A stretch of 64,000 nt of DNA, taken from NCBI GenBank assembly GCA_039889305.1, contig JAVVFV010000005.1:21358-85357 (forward strand), written 5' to 3'. Position 1 is the stretch's first letter; each line of letters begins with the position of its first letter. The notes beneath the pieces are model-generated. The model did not search any database, was not told the origin of the DNA, and saw nothing but the letters and a program-made list of their open reading frames with translations. A program made the translations under genes and the position numbers. Shown here piece after piece: positions 1 to 10,259 of this stretch. The DNA comes from Candidatus Zestomicrobium tamdykulense. Lineage in GTDB: Archaea > Thermoproteota > Thermoprotei_A > Sulfolobales > NBVN01.

Positions 1-1
1 T

Positions 2-811
2 AACGCTATTCTCTATATGCTGAAGTCTTTAGGATATTCTTTTGTTTTCGTAGATATAGATCCTTACGGAACCCCAGCTCCGTATGTTGATGCAGGTGTT
101 TGGTCCCTCAGAAATAATGGTGTTTTAGCTATTACTGCAACCGACACAGCACCTCTAAGCGGGTCTAAGTATCTAGCAGGGTCTAGAAGATATGATGTCA
201 AGCTACTCCCTAACGATATTGGTGTTGAGGTCGGGTTACGTGTTTTGTTAGGCTACATAGCTAGGAGAGGAGCTACGCGTGATAGAGCAATAACACCGTT
301 ACTCTCCTTCTATTCAGGACACTACTACAGAATATTCGTTAAGGTTTCTAGGGGGGCTACTAAAGCTGGTGAAGTCCTCTCTAATCAGATACGTTACCTC
401 CTAATATGTGATAAGTGCGGATTCAGGACATTCACAAGTAAGGTGAGAGGAGATGAGGCGTGTTCTTTTTGCGGGAGTCCTATAAAATTTATAGGACCTT
501 TATGGGGAGGAGAACTAATTAGTAATTCGTTCCTTAAGATTCTTAAAGACATGCTAGGTGAATTTAGCTACCTACAGACACGTAATAAATTAGTTAAGTT
601 ACTAGAATTCCTCGAAAATGAAATAACAGGATTACCTGCTTACAACCTCATTACTTTAGCTAAGTTCTTGAAAACTAACATACCACCAGTTAAGACTGTC
701 CTGGATTGTCTGAAGAGAGCTGGATTTAAGGCTAGTAGAACTCACTTAGCACCTCAACTAATTAGAACAGACGCTGATCAAGAAGCCTTGCTGAAATGCG
801 TATCTCACTAA
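2..811 (+). CDS. trm1: tRNA (guanine26-N2)-dimethyltransferase Trm1, C-terminal part (5' end outside window)
   Basis: Frame is open from nt 2. FVFVDIDPYGTPAPYVDAG is a Trm1-type SAM-MTase signature. Cys cluster CDKCG...CSFCG is as in archaeal Trm1. Confidence 0.85.
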   Translation, partial: NAILYMLKSLGYSFVFVDIDPYGTPAPYVDAGVWSLRNNGVLAITATDTAPLSGSKYLAGSRRYDVKLLPNDIGVEVGLRVLLGYIARRGATRDRAITPLLSFYSGHYYRIFVKVSRGATKAGEVLSNQIRYLLICDKCGFRTFTSKVRGDEACSFCGSPIKFIGPLWGGELISNSFLKILKDMLGEFSYLQTRNKLVKLLEFLENEITGLPAYNLITLAKFLKTNIPPVKTVLDCLKRAGFKASRTHLAPQLIRTDADQEALLKCVSH

Positions 812-816
812 ACTAA

Positions 817-1188
817 TTAAGAAGAACTCTGTAGGAAATAAGTCAGTAAATTACACTTGTATGGGTTGAAGAAACCCCCAGTACCGCATCTGTATAATTC
901 CTTACACACGAAGCACGGTAACTTAATGACTGGGTTTAAACTAATCTTGAAATCTATCTCCTCCAGCTTCTCTGGTACGTACTTGAGTACGTATGTTTTC
1001 CTACCTTTATAGAGTGTTTGTTCTCTCTTTATTAGTCCTTTACGAACTAAGCTAAGAACTGCTCGCGAGCCCTCCCTATTATCAACTCCTAAAAGAGACC
1101 ATAACTCACTCTGAATAACACCGCTCTTACTCCGTTGCTTGACTACCTCAAGTATGCGTCGTTCCAGCTCTGCCTTCATTAGAGACAC
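817..1188 (-). CDS. Small winged-helix protein with C-terminal 4-Cys motif (possible TFE-beta/RPC34-like factor)
   Basis: N-terminal wHTH-like segment ILEVVKQRSKSGVIQSELWSLLGV..SRAVLSLVRKGLIKRE. C-terminal CFVCKELYRCGTGGFFNPYKC gives four Cys. Confidence 0.55.
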   Translation of the reverse strand: MSLMKAELERRILEVVKQRSKSGVIQSELWSLLGVDNREGSRAVLSLVRKGLIKREQTLYKGRKTYVLKYVPEKLEEIDFKISLNPVIKLPCFVCKELYRCGTGGFFNPYKCNLLTYFLQSSS

Positions 1189-1224
1189 CGTTTCCCCTAT
1201 CCAATAATACTTTTGTTTTGAAAG

Positions 1225-1752
1225 CTAATATAGTGAGGCCCGTATCTTCGAATATAAAGTCTTATGAATCCAGTCCCTGTTTGAGATCGAAATCAAGAAT
1301 AACTCCCATTGACTACTTAATAACTTAAGTAAGCTGTCTTTCAGTTTCCAATGGATGACAGCTAACAAAACCCTATTACTTTTTAAAACTTCGTAAATAG
1401 CTGACTTAAGCTGAGATACTGATAATTCCATGGGACCTATCTCATCTATAGCTATTAAGTCAGCGTTTTCTAACGCTTTCTTAATAGCATTAACACCTAT
1501 AGCTGTCGCAGCTGCAGTATTGACGCAGTATTTCCCGATACGTGGCCCCCCACTCACACATAACTTAGCTAACCAGTCCTCATCGCTACTCATTAAGTCA
1601 ATTATTTTGAAGCCTACCCTCTGGCCACCTCTCCGAACTTCTGGACAAATGAAGCCGCCTATCTTCAGACCATCATTTCTTAGTAATTCGATGACTCTAA
1701 GAAATACTGTAGTCTTACCAACACCTGGGGGACCACTAATAAAGAACTTCAT
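1225..1752 (-). CDS. Nucleoside-triphosphatase, THEP1/COG1618 family
   Basis: Walker A GPPGVGKTT, Walker B LIAIDEIGPME, about 175 aa as in archaeal THEP1-type NTPases. Confidence 0.8.
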   Translation of the reverse strand: MKFFISGPPGVGKTTVFLRVIELLRNDGLKIGGFICPEVRRGGQRVGFKIIDLMSSDEDWLAKLCVSGGPRIGKYCVNTAAATAIGVNAIKKALENADLIAIDEIGPMELSVSQLKSAIYEVLKSNRVLLAVIHWKLKDSLLKLLSSQWELFLISISNRDWIHKTLYSKIRASLY

Positions 1753-1756
1753 CTAC

Positions 1757-2731
1757 TTAAACCTTAATTACTTCTAGGTTCTTCTTATTAGCGAAAGCTG
1801 ATAAGCTATCTTTTATTACTTTAGCTTTCTCAGCATCATCCGTGACTACCCTGACCCCAGCTTCCGTAATCCTGGAGAACTTTAAGCATTCACTAGTCTT
1901 TATGAGTATTTCCCTCATATTATAGCTACGAGATCTCGTTACATCCACTGTTATGAGGGTTTCCTTATTCTTAATTATGTAGTCTGGTGCTGAACGCTTT
2001 ATCTCGTATATCTTGCTTTCGTCTACATTAAAAAGTTTCTTGAGGTTAGTTCTTACATGTATTGAGTCACTACTAACAAACTCTTGCTGCTCCTTAACAG
2101 ACTTACTAACAAATTCTTCTCTCAAGTCCTTCACAGATATAGACCTTATGACTTCGTCACCAAGTACTGAAGCAAGTTTCTCTGCTGTCTCTATAGTTAT
2201 GTTTCCTCCTCTCTTTTCGTATGTTTCTAGGGTTTTTCTAGATATGTTTAGGAGGGATGAGAGTGACGTTAGTGTGTGTTTTAGTTCCGTTCTCTTCCTA
2301 GAAAAGATCTCACTATCAACCTTAACAAACAGCTCTCCTCTCTTATATAGAGCTATCAAGTCTTCTTCTCTGGAGTACATGTTTTGGAAAGTCTTCAAGT
2401 TAACTAAATAGACCCCCTCCTTCTCAATAACTATATTCTCGTAAACTTCAGGAGCTTCCGAAACAACAAACGGTATAGCGTTCAATGCGAGAGAAGACTT
2501 AATTAAGTCTTGAGCTTCGTTCTTATTTACGTGCATTAGGTCTTTAATCCTGATTATGAGTGCGCCATGTTCCTTACTATTAGCAACTATGTCTATAGAT
2601 CTTTCTCGGTACTTGACCGGAAAATTAATGACTTCATACCTAAAACTAACTTTCTCTAATACGTTATTTACTCCTTCATAGAGTTTCTTAAGTACATCCT
2701 TACTTCTCGTTCTAGACTCCATTATCATCAA
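1757..2731 (-). CDS. Archaeal putative HTH-type (Cro/C1-like) transcriptional regulator
   Basis: 324 aa. Central HTH LTSLSSLLNISRKTLETYEKRGGNITIETAEKLASVLG. The architecture resembles the conserved archaeal 'putative HTH-type transcriptional regulatory protein' family. Confidence 0.65.
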   Translation of the reverse strand: MMIMESRTRSKDVLKKLYEGVNNVLEKVSFRYEVINFPVKYRERSIDIVANSKEHGALIIRIKDLMHVNKNEAQDLIKSSLALNAIPFVVSEAPEVYENIVIEKEGVYLVNLKTFQNMYSREEDLIALYKRGELFVKVDSEIFSRKRTELKHTLTSLSSLLNISRKTLETYEKRGGNITIETAEKLASVLGDEVIRSISVKDLREEFVSKSVKEQQEFVSSDSIHVRTNLKKLFNVDESKIYEIKRSAPDYIIKNKETLITVDVTRSRSYNMREILIKTSECLKFSRITEAGVRVVTDDAEKAKVIKDSLSAFANKKNLEVIKV

Positions 2732-2789
2732 TAATAATTAGGTAATACCGCAATATAAGTGTTTTACTTTCTTACCAAAAATCTATTAA

Positions 2790-3494
2790 TTAACTCTTCC
2801 TGTACTTAGCTAAAACCATGGCGTGGTCTTTATCGAATGGGTCTAGATGAACTACGTCAACTATTTTGAAGCCTTCTTGAGTCAGGGTATCTATTTCTCG
2901 CTTGTAGATTTCGTCAGGTTCTTTAGTCACGTCAATACTTCTAGACTTTATAGCTAGGTAGAGGTAGCCACCCTCTTTCAGGAAGTACTTAGCGTTTATG
3001 TTCACGATAGCTGCTTGTTCTGGTTGGGCTATGTCTGCATACAAGACATCAACTAAAGATACTGTGTGAGAGTATTTTTGCGGGAAACGTGCGTCATTCA
3101 ATAAAGGAACTATGTTTTTGCGGTCTTCACAAACCCTCAGTAAGTCTCTTATTACTCTCGGCGCGAACTCAACAGCGTACACAATTCCTTTCTCACCAAC
3201 TAGATCTGATACATGACTCGGGGTGGTTCCTGACCCAGCACCTAAGTAAAGAACCTTAACACCGCTACTTATGAATAGCCCCTCTATACCCTTCAGTAAA
3301 GCTCCTGCCAGCTTACTCCTGTAAGGATTCCATTCCCTATACTCCACACCCTCATACATGTAGAGTCTCTCACCGTAGACTCTCTTACCCGGAGCTAAGT
3401 TCTTAGTAGCTAGTTTAATACTACCGTCTTCTAACTCAACAAGATACACACCACCATACTTCTCGTGAGGCTTAATACTGATGACTTCAATCAT
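2790..3494 (-). CDS. flpA: Fibrillarin-like rRNA/tRNA 2'-O-methyltransferase
   Basis: VLYLGAGSGTTPSHVSD SAM motif, YREWNPYRSKLAGA, 234 aa. It lies directly downstream of nop5, the classical synteny. Confidence 0.95.
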   Translation of the reverse strand: MIEVISIKPHEKYGGVYLVELEDGSIKLATKNLAPGKRVYGERLYMYEGVEYREWNPYRSKLAGALLKGIEGLFISSGVKVLYLGAGSGTTPSHVSDLVGEKGIVYAVEFAPRVIRDLLRVCEDRKNIVPLLNDARFPQKYSHTVSLVDVLYADIAQPEQAAIVNINAKYFLKEGGYLYLAIKSRSIDVTKEPDEIYKREIDTLTQEGFKIVDVVHLDPFDKDHAMVLAKYRKS

Positions 3495-3500
3495 TTTCTA

Positions 3501-4754
3501 TTACCTCCTTCCTTTCCCTCTCTTACCCCTCCTGATAGGAGGTTTTTCAGGTCCTTTAACTTTCTCAGGTACTGGCTTAGCAGGAGGCTTAGCGTATAGT
3601 TCCTTAATCTCTGTGATTCTTTCCTGCAGGTCTTTTTTAAGCTTATCTGCTATGAACCTGCCGGTGAAGTAGTCAGCTTTGGCTGCTATAGCTAACTTAG
3701 TCGCGATAGCTCTTGAGATCTTGCCTCTCTGCCACTTAGGTGCGGTATGTATTTCTGGGTGCTGGAATAACACACCGTGTTTCGGGGGCCTCCCACCAGT
3801 TCTTAAAGCTCTGAAAAGTGCTTTCTCAGCTCCCAAGACTTGTATAGTGCTTGCAGGCATCTTAGCTAGGTCTTCAAGACTTCCTGCAAGTGATAGTAAC
3901 CTAGCTCCTAAAGTAGGTCCTACGAGCTCTGTTATGTTAGGAGCTGCTTCCCTCATGACCTGACTTAAGTATTCTGAAAGCTTATCTCTCAACTCATAAA
4001 GGTTTAGGATGACTCCCACGAAATCTCTTATTCTCTCAACATCTACTTCCGATAGGTCAGCACCCATACTCTTCCTCGATGCTTCGTAGATCCTGGTTGC
4101 TCTGCTCTCACTAAAGCCTAACTTCCTTAACTTCTCCAGAGATATCTCCTCCCTATCACCAAACTCGTAGATTATCGTAGCATACATCTTATGATCCTCT
4201 ATCAAGTCATCTAGCTCTGGGAAGTGAACACTATACCACTCACGCATCCTGGATGCGAATAAGTTTATAGTCTTGTCTATGTCGTCTATAGATCTGATAG
4301 CTTGAATTGCTAGTAAGTCTCTTTTAGCTGCGAAACTCCTAAGCTTAATCCTCGTTACTTGAAGCATTACCTGATTTAAGAACGATACCCATTCATCTTC
4401 AGACTTCACAACACCCTCACTAATTACTGTTTGAACCAAAGAATCACGTAATCTGCGGAGAACACTATTATCAGGTTCTACAACAGCTTTCAGCTTTAAC
4501 GACGAGACTACTCTAGCGTGTTCCTCGTCAGGAACCACCACCTCAATCTCGCCACCATACATCCTCACTAACTCCTCAACACTACTAACAAACTCCTCAG
4601 TTACCTCACCACTCTCTAACTTCAGAATACGCTCAGCTAACTCATTCACATCAATCTTACTACTTAAGCGTTTTACGAGTATACTACCTTCAGCATCAGC
4701 TATTAAAGACCCTATAAACGTATCAAGAGCTATTACCCTCATCATTAGCACCAA
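3501..4754 (-). CDS. nop5: C/D box sRNP core protein Nop5 (Nop56/58)
   Basis: Nop domain LGAEKALFRALRTGGRPPKHGVLFQHP, and a Lys/Arg-rich C-terminal tail. Confidence 0.93.
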   Translation of the reverse strand: MVLMMRVIALDTFIGSLIADAEGSILVKRLSSKIDVNELAERILKLESGEVTEEFVSSVEELVRMYGGEIEVVVPDEEHARVVSSLKLKAVVEPDNSVLRRLRDSLVQTVISEGVVKSEDEWVSFLNQVMLQVTRIKLRSFAAKRDLLAIQAIRSIDDIDKTINLFASRMREWYSVHFPELDDLIEDHKMYATIIYEFGDREEISLEKLRKLGFSESRATRIYEASRKSMGADLSEVDVERIRDFVGVILNLYELRDKLSEYLSQVMREAAPNITELVGPTLGARLLSLAGSLEDLAKMPASTIQVLGAEKALFRALRTGGRPPKHGVLFQHPEIHTAPKWQRGKISRAIATKLAIAAKADYFTGRFIADKLKKDLQERITEIKELYAKPPAKPVPEKVKGPEKPPIRRGKRGKGRR

Positions 4755-5506
4755 AGTAAAATAATCTTGCGAAATTTATATATGTGTTTAAATCTAGCGT
4801 AAAAATTAGTTATTAATCACACACTACTTGATAGAGTATGATTAGTGAGTCATACAGTTACTTTCACATCCTTATTAGTCATTATCGGTAGTAGTATTTC
4901 CAGTTTGGTACGCTACTTAATTTCTTGGTTACAGAGTTATCTTAAGATTTAGTAGGGAAAACTAGTTGTTGATGGTAAAGAACTCTGCAAGGATGGGGGA
5001 GATCGGATGAATAGATTCGAGATTACTAAGAATAATGATTACGTGGGTATGGTAATGCCTACAGTCTCAGTAACTTTCTGGTTGTTTAGTGAGGACGTGC
5101 ACTATATAGCGAGCGAATTATATGTTTACTTCTCTGAATTACTACATGTCACTTGATTATAGAACTCTTGAGGAATTCGCCAAATATATAGGGGTTCTGC
5201 AAAGTCTTGGATCACATCTCAGAAATTAATAAAGAAGTTTATTGAAGCACGTGATAAGGCATATGAAGACCCTCTAGCAATAATTAGGGAATACCTATAA
5301 TACTACTAAGGCTGGAAGACTTAACTAATTCTTAACAACCGTATCATTTATAAGACACAAAAACCACTATAGGTAAAGCTCTATATTTAGAGTGGAAGCA
5401 GACCTTAGTCATGGTTGGTTCATCAGAGTCTCCGGTTACGGTATTTTCTTGGGATTAGGAGTAAAAGCTTAAATTCTTTAAGAATATTTTAATGCGGGTT
5501 GAGGGC

Positions 5507-5710
5507 ATGCCAACACACGGTTCGATGACTAAGGCTGGTAAGGTTAGGAGTCAGACACCGAAGATAGAGAAGAAGCCTAAGAGGAATCTCCCGCCGAGAG
5601 AGAGGAATAGGCGTGAGTACTGGATTAGGAAGAGGAAGGAGGCTGGTCTCCCAGTACCTACTGTGGTACCTCCTTCTTCAGTACCTAGGAAGGGGAAGGT
5701 TTCTGCTTAG
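5507..5710 (+). CDS. rps30e: 30S ribosomal protein S30e (eS30)
   Basis: [25 protein letters not shown] signature. I prefer the internal ATG at 5507 over the track start at 5492. Confidence 0.85.
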   Translation: MPTHGSMTKAGKVRSQTPKIEKKPKRNLPPRERNRREYWIRKRKEAGLPVPTVVPPSSVPRKGKVSA

Positions 5711-5769
5711 TTTTTGAAGCAAGTAAAAGAATAATTACTCCTGTAAAGTTCCTTAATTGAGGTGCTGGT

Positions 5770-7086
5770 TTGGCTTCACGTGTGAGTGTAGGAGATAGAG
5801 TAAGGATTAAGAAAGGCTCTCTAGTTTATGAGGGTGTGGTTCTCCCTAAGAGTGAGTTTAGTTCTGATAAGATCTTAGTGATTAAGCTAGATAACGGGTA
5901 CAATATTGGTGTTGATGTAAGTGATGCTGAGATAGAGGTTTTGAGTGAGGGTGTTGTGAGATTTCATGAGCCTGGGCTTTCTAGCAGTATTGTTAAGGGT
6001 GACGGTAACCTTAAACTCACGTTCTTAAGTACTGGCGGAACTATTGTGAGTAAGGTTGATTATGAGACGGGTGCGGTTAGGCCAGCAATAACAGCTACTG
6101 AACTTCTTGAAGCTGTTCCTGAGTTCATTGATTACGCGTCAGAACTTGTTGTGGTAGAATATACCAGGTTATTTAGTGAGGACTTAACCCCTGCGTATTG
6201 GGCTGAGTTGAGTAGTGAGGTAGGTAAGATTATTGAGTCTGGTGCTGAGGGTGTTCTCATTGCTCACGGAACTGACACAATGACTTACACAGCTTCAGCA
6301 CTAGCTTTTGCTTTGAGGAATCTGCCTATACCAGTTGTTTTAGTAGGTTCTCAGAGGAGTAGTGATAGACCTAGTTCTGACTCAGCTCTAAATATGAAAG
6401 CTTCCTTAGCGATCTTCAAGGAAGCTCCGTTTGGTGAGGTGGTGATGTGTATGCATGGAACAATCTCAGATAATTACGTCTTAGCTCACAGGGGGGTTAA
6501 GGTAAGGAAAATGCATTCGAGTAGGAGGGACGCGTTTCAATCAATAAATGACGTACCCCTAGCTAGAATAGATTTCCCAGACATGAAGTTCAGGCTACTT
6601 AATCAGAGATTCATTGCTAAGAGTAAGAGAGAAGATTTCCGTGTTTTGAGTAGGTTTAGTGATAAGGTGGCGTTGCTGAAGTTTTATCCGGGCATGGATT
6701 GCGAGATTATTGATTTCTTCGTTGATAGGGAGTATGGTGCTATAGTTATTGAGGGGACTGGATTAGGTCATGTAAGGAATGCTTGTGTAGACAGTATTGC
6801 TAGAGCTACGGAGGAAGGAGTAATCACCGTCATAACAACACAAACAATATTTGGTAGAGTTAACATGAACGTCTACAGTACTGGTAGGAGGCTTCTTAAA
6901 GCAGGAGCTATACCAGGACACGATATCTTGAGTGAGGTTGCTTATGTGAAGCTGTCTTGGATACTCGGTAATTATCCCGGCCTTGATAAGAGAGAGTATG
7001 TTGAACTCTTCCACAAGAACTTAGCGTATGAGTATAATCCCGTGCACAAAGACTCATTATTTCCGGTGTGGTCTCATGAGTATTGA
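5770..7086 (+). CDS. gatD: Glutamyl-tRNA(Gln) amidotransferase subunit D
   Basis: Asparaginase-like domain LSTGGTI...HGTDTMTYTASAL. It precedes and overlaps gatE. Confidence 0.93.
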   Translation: MASRVSVGDRVRIKKGSLVYEGVVLPKSEFSSDKILVIKLDNGYNIGVDVSDAEIEVLSEGVVRFHEPGLSSSIVKGDGNLKLTFLSTGGTIVSKVDYETGAVRPAITATELLEAVPEFIDYASELVVVEYTRLFSEDLTPAYWAELSSEVGKIIESGAEGVLIAHGTDTMTYTASALAFALRNLPIPVVLVGSQRSSDRPSSDSALNMKASLAIFKEAPFGEVVMCMHGTISDNYVLAHRGVKVRKMHSSRRDAFQSINDVPLARIDFPDMKFRLLNQRFIAKSKREDFRVLSRFSDKVALLKFYPGMDCEIIDFFVDREYGAIVIEGTGLGHVRNACVDSIARATEEGVITVITTQTIFGRVNMNVYSTGRRLLKAGAIPGHDILSEVAYVKLSWILGNYPGLDKREYVELFHKNLAYEYNPVHKDSLFPVWSHEY

Positions 7087-8992
7087 TTACTCGTTGGTAG
7101 GTTTGAGGGTAGGTATCGAGATACATCAGCAACTAGCTACTAGAGAGAAGCTTTTCTGTTCATGTCCTACCGAGCTAGCTAGTGATGAGACTCCAAGAAA
7201 AGAAGTAAAGAGGTTCTTGAGGGTTGCTAAGAGCGAGGTTGGGGAAGTAGATCCTGCAGCTCAGTACGAGGTCATGAGAGGAAGAAGCATAATTTATGAG
7301 GTACCTGAAGGTCACGCATGTTTAGTAGAACTAGATGAGGAGCCTCCTCACGAACTGAATAGGGAGGCAATCTTAATAGCTTTAGCTATAGCTAAAGCTC
7401 TGAATTCCACACCAGTTGATGAGATAGAAGTCATGAGGAAGATTGTTGTTGATGGATCAAACACTACAGGTTTTCAGAGAACAGCTATAGTTGCTGTTGG
7501 GGGCTACCTAACAGACGAGGATGATTTAATAAGAATACAAACCATATGTCTTGAGGAAGACGCTGCAAGGAAAGTTGATGAGGGGAGGGGTTACGTTAAG
7601 TATAATCTAGACAGGCTCGGCATACCCCTCATCGAGATAGCTACAGGCCCCGATATAAAGAGTCCTGAGCAAGCCATGAGAGTTGCTTTCAAGATAGGAT
7701 TACTGTTGAGACTAAGCGGTAAGGTCAAGAGAGGGATAGGTACTATCAGGCAAGACCTAAACATATCTGTAGAGGGTGGCGTAAAAACGGAAGTGAAAGG
7801 TGTTGGGAAGCTTGAGCTAATACCTAAAGTCATAGAATACGAAGTTTCCAGACAATTAAAACTACTTGAGATAAGAGAGGAGTTGGTTAGGAGGGGGGTT
7901 CACGAGGATAATTTACCTTACCTAGTATTTGATGTAACCAATATTTTCTCTAACAGCAAAAGTAAGTTGGTTTCCTCGTCGCTGAGTAAGGGTCTCAAGA
8001 TTTACGCAACCCCTCTGAAGGGCTTCAGCGGGTTGCTAAAGAAGGAGTTAATGCCTGGGAGGAGATTCGGTACGGAGCTTTCAGATTACGCGAAAGCTTG
8101 GGGTGGTGTGGGCGGTATAATACATAGTGATGAGTTACCGTCCTACGGGATTTCAGAAGAAGAAAAGAATGCTGTCTTCAACTTTCTTTCGCTAGATAAG
8201 GAGAAAGATGCGTATGTCTTAGTAATTAGTGATGCTGAATCTGCTGAAAGAGCTCTTAAGGCTGTTGTGGATCGAGCTCGGTATTCTTTAATTGGTATAC
8301 CTAAGGAGACTCGTGCCGCAAACCCTGACGGCACTACCAAGTATATGAGACCCCAGCCAGGAGCGATGAGGATGTATCCAGAAACAGATATTAAACCAAT
8401 CCCAATTACTCGAGAACTACTTGAGGAAGCTGAGCGTCTTAAGCCACCTACACCTGAAGAACTGTTAGCAAGACTAATAAAAGAACACAAACTCACGAAA
8501 ACTCTTGCTGAACAACTAATTAGGGACCCACTAATCCACACATACCTAAACCTTGTTGAGGAATTAGGTGATAAAGTTCAACCACACATAATAGCCACGA
8601 CATTAATGATACACCTAAAGAGTCTTAAGTCGGAAGGACTCGACGTAAGCGTGGTAGATGAGCAAGTCCTGAAAACTATTCTTAGTAAGGTTGGTGAGAA
8701 CGTGTTAAGTAAGGACGCAATACCAGAAATACTTAAAGAATATTCCATCAGGAAAGGAGAGACTAGCTTAGAGGAACTCATGAAGAAATACACTGAAATA
8801 GGAGTTAAGGAGTTAGAGGAATTAGTGGATAAGATCATAAGAAACCTCAAAGAAACATTACTAATGAAGAAAGAAAAAGCTTTCAACATAGTGATGGGTG
8901 AGGTAATGAAGGAAGTAAGAGGTAAAGCTGATGGGAAGATAGTTGCGGAGACCGTGAAGAAGAGACTCAAGGACGTACTTGGTATTTATTGA
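7076..8992 (+). CDS. gatE: Glutamyl-tRNA(Gln) amidotransferase subunit E
   Basis: GLRVGIEIHQQL N-terminus typical of the GatE/GatB fold. The ATG at 7076 overlaps the gatD stop by 11 nt. The upstream 16 codons of the track ORF look spurious. Confidence 0.93.
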   Translation: MSIDYSLVGLRVGIEIHQQLATREKLFCSCPTELASDETPRKEVKRFLRVAKSEVGEVDPAAQYEVMRGRSIIYEVPEGHACLVELDEEPPHELNREAILIALAIAKALNSTPVDEIEVMRKIVVDGSNTTGFQRTAIVAVGGYLTDEDDLIRIQTICLEEDAARKVDEGRGYVKYNLDRLGIPLIEIATGPDIKSPEQAMRVAFKIGLLLRLSGKVKRGIGTIRQDLNISVEGGVKTEVKGVGKLELIPKVIEYEVSRQLKLLEIREELVRRGVHEDNLPYLVFDVTNIFSNSKSKLVSSSLSKGLKIYATPLKGFSGLLKKELMPGRRFGTELSDYAKAWGGVGGIIHSDELPSYGISEEEKNAVFNFLSLDKEKDAYVLVISDAESAERALKAVVDRARYSLIGIPKETRAANPDGTTKYMRPQPGAMRMYPETDIKPIPITRELLEEAERLKPPTPEELLARLIKEHKLTKTLAEQLIRDPLIHTYLNLVEELGDKVQPHIIATTLMIHLKSLKSEGLDVSVVDEQVLKTILSKVGENVLSKDAIPEILKEYSIRKGETSLEELMKKYTEIGVKELEELVDKIIRNLKETLLMKKEKAFNIVMGEVMKEVRGKADGKIVAETVKKRLKDVLGIY

Positions 8993-9071
8993 CTCTATCC
9001 CCGTCCTAAAGAAGCTTTCAGTTATGATGAAACCCAACTTATAAAGCACTAAATCAAGTAACATTATTGGT

Positions 9072-9173
9072 GCGGGGGTGCCCGAGCCAGGTCAAAGGGG
9101 TCGGGCTCAGGTCCTAAAATGGTGGGAACCCCGATGGCGTAGGCCTGCGTGGGTTCAAATCCCACCCCCCGCA
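9072..9173 (+). tRNA. tRNA-Leu(CAG) with 17-nt intron at 37/38 (intron 9112-9128); no encoded CCA
   Basis: Acceptor GCGGGGG/CCCCCGC. Anticodon stem TCGGG/CCCGA with loop CTCAGG|intron|C. Long variable arm. T arm GTGGG-TTCAAAT-CCCAC. Discriminator A. Confidence 0.85.
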
Positions 9174-9186
9174 CTAATCTGTCTCT

Positions 9187-10259
9187 CTAGTAGTCAAGAT
9201 ATTGCATAAATTCCCACGGCGTTACGTAGAGACAGTACTGATTCCATTCATTTGTTTTATATTCTATGAACGCATCAAATATATGACTTCCTAAAGTTTG
9301 ACGAATAATTTCGTCACTCTTCATCTCCTCTAAAGCTTCTTTAAGAGTTGTTGGTAGTTCTCTTATTCCGAGGGCTCCACGTCTTTCAGGAGTCATTTCA
9401 TAGATGTTTTCGTCAACAGGGTCTCCAGGATCAATTTTCTTTTTTATCCCATCAAGCCAGGCCATTAGAAGACATGCGAAAGCTAAGTAAGGATTGCAGG
9501 AAAGATCTACGCCTTGGTACTCCACCCGTTTTTGGTGAGCATGTTTTGGCCCCTTATAGTAAACTGGTATTCGCACTAAGGCTGATCTGTTGCGGCGAGA
9601 CCACGTGATGTAGATCGGTGCTTCAAAACCTGGCACTAACCGCTTATAAGAGTTTATTGTTGGACAACATACGGCTGTTAAGGCTCTAGCATGTTCTAAA
9701 AGTCCACCAATAAAGTATCTTCCGATTTGACTAAGTTCTGCGTACTCGTCGTTCTCATCATACATTTCGTTTTTCTCATTTCTCCATAACGATATATGGG
9801 TATGCATACCGCTCGCGTTATCGAAGTATATTGGTTTAGGCATGAAAGTTGCTATCAACTCGTATTTCTTAGCAACGTTTTTCGCTACAAACTTGAAGTA
9901 CATGACTTTATCAGCGGTCTCTACCAACGATCCAAAAGCAAAAACTATCTCAATTTGACTAGCTGCTACCTCATGATGATGTTTTTCTATTTTGAAACCA
10001 AAGTAATCCTCAAGTATCGAGGAAACCTCATTGCGATGCTTTACGGTTGTATCTTCTGGAGGTGGCCTGCAATACGCTTCTCTGTATTTAAGAACGGAAT
10101 TCCTAGAGTGATTTCTGGGCTGGCCTGAAGGTTCCAGACAAGCTTAGGTAGGTCAATTGAGGAGAATAGAAAATACTCTAATTCGGGAGCGAAGTACCCT
10201 GTATACCCTATTCCTTGAGCAGTTTCTGCAGTTTTTTCGCTACATAGCTTCTCGGGCAT
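9187..10259 (-). pseudogene. glnA: Glutamine synthetase (glnA) pseudogene: N-terminal domain missing, at least one frameshift
   Basis: C-terminal two thirds are intact (HHEVAASQIEI, ATFMPKP..ASGMHTHISLW, SYKRLVPGFEAP, NPYLAFA). The piece with APELEYFLF (10041-10259) is in another frame, with the shift near 10125-10135. Upstream there are only stop-riddled remnants. Confidence 0.8.

Noticed and set aside
4755-5491. The large intergenic gap as the location of a structured RNA (SRP RNA or RNase P RNA).
   Set aside because: The tRNAs in this window stand out as GC-rich islands. This gap is uniformly AT-rich with no long GC-rich helices.
8143-8970. Two 130-aa minus-strand ORFs inside gatE.
   Set aside because: Their composition is Ser/Leu/Phe-rich with no motifs, and they are fully embedded antisense in a well-supported gene. 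The same reasoning applies to 1430-1777, 2013-2411, 3679-3963, 12379-12818, 13687-13977, 15373-16029, 42168-43379, 44590-44997, 51237-52097, 53658-53906, 55266-55721 and 57205-57588.
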